DNA of 8,196 nucleotides from a virus (Duplodnaviria; Heunggongvirae; Uroviricota; Caudoviricetes): IMG/VR virus record IMGVR_UViG_2693429623_000015; one strand, 5' to 3'. Shown piece by piece: positions 5,844 to 8,196 of this stretch (position 1 is its first letter; each line of letters starts with the position of its first letter). The notes under the pieces were generated by a model. It saw only the letters and a program-made list of their open reading frames with translations, ran no database searches and was not told where the DNA came from. The position numbers and the translations under genes were made by a program.

Positions 5844-6656
5844 TTACCTAGTTACCTTTTTTAACTGCCGCTCAGCCCATGCTTCTTCAATATCAAACCG
5901 GGTCACCAGCGCATCATAGAATTTCTTAACTGTTTTTTCCCATGACGCGCGTGTTATCTGGTTTGTCACCTCGCATATAGCATTAAATGCCTCCGTTGAT
6001 GGTAGTCTTTCATAGCCACGACCACCACAACGCTGGCAGTCTCTGATAACAGGCATACCACGTTTTACCGACTCTTCACGATGAATGGCGACACCACGCC
6101 CACGGCAATCCTTACAGGCGGTGGAAACCTCACCCTTTCCGCCACACTCCGGACAGGCAACTTTTACCACCTCCCTGACTTTTTTCCATTCTTCCCAGTA
6201 AGACGGATACACACCTTTCGTACACTTTGCCCATACCGGCGGCTTACCATCCGGATACTGGATCTTGTTTGTAAAAACCTCGCTTTCAATAAATTTTTTT
6301 CCGTGACAGCAGGGGCACTGTTTTTTGCTCGCCGCGCTACGGGCATAATCTTCAAACGCATACGAAGCCATAATACGCATCACTGCCGGTTTTATTTCTG
6401 CCGGGAGTTTTCTTAACGCCGCCACGCGATCACACCGACTGAGTGCATATTCTGTCAGCAATTCTGTTGCCCGCTCTCTGTCATTCATACTAATGCCCAT
6501 TTTCCCAAGGAACGCAGAAACCCCCATCTCAGCCCGATTCTGTGTCATGCCCTGCGCGGCCATCACATCAGTGATACTCAGCGCATCTTTCGACGTTGAG
6601 GCCGATGCATCAGTCANCACCTTTCGTACACTTTGCCCATACCGGCGGCTTACCAT
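5844..6656 (-). CDS. Q-like late antiterminator: second copy of 405-bp repeat unit plus unique C-terminal DnaJ-type zinc-finger region (quuQ-like). Frame is only continuous with the N-terminal segment if the N at 6617 is spurious
   Basis: Track ORF, 270 aa. The C-terminal part contains CPCCHGKKF, CPECGGKG, CKDCRGRG and CQRCGGRG, i.e. CxxCxGxG repeats as in the DnaJ Cys-rich domain. Assignment as Q is by position (after rusA, before pR'/tR'/tRNAs) and recalled similarity to prophage Q-family proteins. The ATG at 6656 is probably not the true start. Confidence 0.6.
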   Translation of the reverse strand: MVSRRYGQSVRKVXTDASASTSKDALSITDVMAAQGMTQNRAEMGVSAFLGKMGISMNDRERATELLTEYALSRCDRVAALRKLPAEIKPAVMRIMASYAFEDYARSAASKKQCPCCHGKKFIESEVFTNKIQYPDGKPPVWAKCTKGVYPSYWEEWKKVREVVKVACPECGGKGEVSTACKDCRGRGVAIHREESVKRGMPVIRDCQRCGGRGYERLPSTEAFNAICEVTNQITRASWEKTVKKFYDALVTRFDIEEAWAERQLKKVTR

Positions 6657-7022
6657 CCGGATACTGGACCTTGTTTGTAAAAACTACGCTTTCAATAAAT
6701 TTTTCCCCATAGCAACAAGGGCACTGCTTTTTACTCGCTGCGCTGCGGGCATAATCCTCAAAAGCGTACGAAGCCATAATGCGCATCACTACCGGTTTTA
6801 TTTCTGCCGGAAGTTTTCTCAACGCCGCCACACGATCGCACCGACTGAGTGCATAATCTGCCAGTAATTCTGTTGCCCGCGCCCTGTCATTCATACTGAT
6901 GCCCATTTTCCCCAGGAACGCAGAAAACCCCATCTCAGCCCGATTCTGTGTCATGCCCTGCGCGGCCATCACATCAGTGATACTCAGCGCATCTTTTGAC
7001 GTTGAGGCCGATGCATCGGTCA
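6212..7022. repeat. Tandem duplication inside the Q gene: two 405-bp units (6212-6616 and 6618-7022), about 92% identical, separated by a single N at 6617
   Basis: Both units start cacctttcgtacactttgcccat and end ggccgatgcatc(a/g)gtca. Unit length is exactly 135 codons. Many substitutions between copies are at silent or conservative positions. Confidence 0.8.
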
Positions 7023-7071
7023 GGCAAGGGGATTTTGGGGAGTAGTATTTCGGTAAATCTTCCAGTTTCAT
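6610..7071 (-). CDS. Q-like antiterminator N-terminal segment (authentic start codon; reading frame closes just after the ambiguous base)
   Basis: ATG at 7071..7069 overlaps the rusA stop (ATGA). Product MKLEDLPKYYSPKSPCLTDASASTSKDALSITDVMAAQGMTQNRAEMG... is about 90% identical to the corresponding part of the 5844..6656 product. The frame terminates immediately after the codon containing n6617. Confidence 0.6.
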   Translation of the reverse strand: MKLEDLPKYYSPKSPCLTDASASTSKDALSITDVMAAQGMTQNRAEMGFSAFLGKMGISMNDRARATELLADYALSRCDRVAALRKLPAEIKPVVMRIMASYAFEDYARSAASKKQCPCCYGEKFIESVVFTNKVQYPDGKPPVWAKCTKGXD

Positions 7072-7448
7072 TTTTTGACCTGCTCTTCATGCATTATGGG
7101 GTAAATCTTCACCCCCAGACGTCCACCAGATACTGGCTGACCACGAACGATATTGATTTCATCAAACTGCTCATCGTCCATTAGCAACCCCGCATGCGTC
7201 AGCGCATCCAGCGGCGCTTTCAGAATATTGTCCAGGTCACGGCGGCGCTTATCCGGTGGTTCTGCAATAATTTTTATTGCCAACCTTCCGGACAGGCTTA
7301 ATTTCAGCCGCTGCTGGCGAACAATAAGCGCCACATCACGGCGATAACGCTCACCGGCTTTTGATACAAAATATGTGCTGCCACGACGACGCCAGTAAGT
7401 GTTCACCGTCGGCGGGTAAGGTAAAACAAATTCTATGCGCTCGGTCAT
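7068..7448 (-). CDS. rusA: Crossover junction endodeoxyribonuclease RusA (Holliday junction resolvase)
   Basis: 126 aa with ATG at 7448..7446. Motifs LPYPPTVNTYWRRRG, ERYRRDV, PPDKRRRDLDNILKAPLDALTHAGLLMDDEQ and GGRLGVKI match the RusA family as recalled from E. coli RusA. The stop overlaps the Q start. The preceding ORF ends TAA directly abutting this ATG. Confidence 0.85.
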   Translation of the reverse strand: MTERIEFVLPYPPTVNTYWRRRGSTYFVSKAGERYRRDVALIVRQQRLKLSLSGRLAIKIIAEPPDKRRRDLDNILKAPLDALTHAGLLMDDEQFDEINIVRGQPVSGGRLGVKIYPIMHEEQVKK

Positions 7449-7553
7449 TTATGCTTTCCACTTCAGAACACCCGAATTTCTCGCGTGCATTAAAAAACGA
7501 ATCAGCAACAACAGCTGGCTGCCGTGTTTTTCTTCAAAATCTTTTACTCCGGC

Positions 7554-7660
7554 NNNNNNNNNNNNNNNNNNNNNNNNNNNNNNNNNNNNNNNNNNNNNNN
7601 NNNNNNNNNNNNNNNNNNNNNNNNNNNNNNNNNNNNNNNNNNNNNNNNNNNNNNNNNNNN
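7554..7660. other. 107-nt run of N inside the duplicated rusA region
   Basis: Contiguous n characters. Confidence 1.
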
Positions 7661-7786
7661 ACGGACAATAAGCGCCACATCCCGGCGATAACGCTCACCG
7701 GCTTTTGATACAAAATATGTGTTGTCACGACGTCGCCAGTAAGTATTCACCGTCGGCGGATAAGGTAAAATAAACTCATGGCGCAT
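7661..7786 (-). CDS. rusA: Second rusA copy, N-terminal 42 codons only, running into the N-run (partial or truncated)
   Basis: ATG at 7786..7784; product MRHEFILPYPPTVNTYWRRRDNTYFVSKAGERYRRDVALIVR is about 85% identical to the RusA N-terminus at 7448. DNA is about 90% identical to 7318-7448. A full-length copy would overlap the complete rusA, so it must be truncated or the join is artificial. Confidence 0.6.
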
Positions 7787-8043
7787 CAGCGCAGCACCTC
7801 CTGCACCAGTTTTTCAAACTTTCCGACTCTGGTTTCCAGCTCTGCCACACAGTCCACCAGCTCATCTACTGCTTTCTGTGCGCGATGCTTCGCCTGCATC
7901 AGTTCCCGAAGCGCGGGTACCATATCTTTACGGATAGCGTCTTTTGTTATGCCCGTTTTTTCGAGTTGTTCAGCATGACGCAGCATTTCCTGCGCGTGTT
8001 TACGCAATTGTTCAGGGGTAAAAGTCATTGTCTGGTTGTTCAA
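7786..8043 (-). CDS. Hypothetical nin-region protein (85 aa, predicted helical/coiled-coil), unknown function
   Basis: Track ORF with a TTG start at 8043 and SD GGAG 8 nt upstream; the alternative ATG at 8028 has no SD. The stop overlaps the rusA' start (TGATG). Product MNNQTMTFTPEQLRKHAQEMLRHAEQLEKTG... is charged and heptad-like. No family recognised. Confidence 0.5.
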   Translation of the reverse strand: MNNQTMTFTPEQLRKHAQEMLRHAEQLEKTGITKDAIRKDMVPALRELMQAKHRAQKAVDELVDCVAELETRVGKFEKLVQEVLR

Positions 8044-8196
8044 AAGAAACGCTCCATCTTACTGCTGTCAGTTCGTTTATTACTGTATCTGCGCGGATTG
8101 CCGGGCTTCATGGGAGTGGAAAGCACCCGTGCACTTTCCTGGTCCACAGGCAGAAAATGTCCGTAGACTGGCCCCCTGAATCTCCAGACAACCAGT

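Larger units (their letters stand above)
1..8196 (-). mobile_element. Lambdoid prophage late region (nin/Q/tRNA/cargo/lysis module), Stx-phage-like architecture without visible stx genes
   Basis: Co-linear minus-strand order rusA, Q, pR'/tR', tRNA-Ile and tRNA-Arg, nanS-p, holin, DUF1327, endolysin. Tight gene packing with overlapping stop/start codons. Order matches the established late-operon layout of Stx-converting and related lambdoid phages. Confidence 0.85.

Noticed and set aside
6081-6867. ORFs 6081..6416 (+), 6493..6867 (+) and 6164..6361 (-) within the Q region
   Set aside because: Antisense or alternative-frame to the Q coding sequence. The two plus-strand ORFs are near-duplicates of each other only because they lie in the duplicated units.
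6996-8166. ORFs 6996..7184, 7153..7347, 7361..7708, 7435..7671, 7778..7978, 7885..8166 (+) and 7534..7728, 7544..7786 (-, X-containing part)
   Set aside because: Antisense to rusA, rusA' or the 85-aa ORF, or composed largely of undetermined bases. No translation signals.
8044-8196. Possible 3' end of an upstream minus-strand gene entering from the right window edge
   Set aside because: Two minus-strand frames are open to the edge (one ending TAATAA at 8082..8077, one ending TGA overlapping the TTG start at 8043). I cannot tell which is real from about 40-50 codons and recognise neither product, so it is not annotated.
1-8196. CRISPR arrays, integrase/att sites, IS transposases
   Set aside because: No regularly spaced repeat-spacer pattern, no recombinase-like ORF and no IS terminal inverted repeats were seen. 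The repeats found are tandem or flanking duplications of phage sequence.

Overview
This window is the late-regulatory, cargo and lysis segment of a lambdoid (Stx-phage-like) enterobacterial prophage, with essentially all genes on the minus strand. Reading right to left: an 85-aa nin-region ORF, rusA (one truncated copy abutting an N-run, one complete copy), a Q-like antiterminator carrying an internal 2 x 405-bp tandem duplication, a pR'-like late promoter with a lambda-type pause element, tR', tRNA-Ile(CAU), two tRNA-Arg(UCU) copies, a cargo slot, nanS-p-type sialate O-acetylesterase, an intrinsic terminator, an S21-type pinholin, a DUF1327 protein and the first 28 codons of an endolysin. No Shiga toxin genes are visible in the readable sequence. 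The slot where Stx phages carry stxAB instead holds an AT-rich island with a plus-strand 111-aa ORF I cannot assign to any family, next to 774 nt of N; this is the best candidate for something undescribed, but it is untested. Three paralogous duplications (Q, rusA, tRNA-Arg) each sit at an N, so a chimeric scaffold join is a real alternative to true duplication. All protein-family calls are from recalled motifs and synteny, not from any database search.
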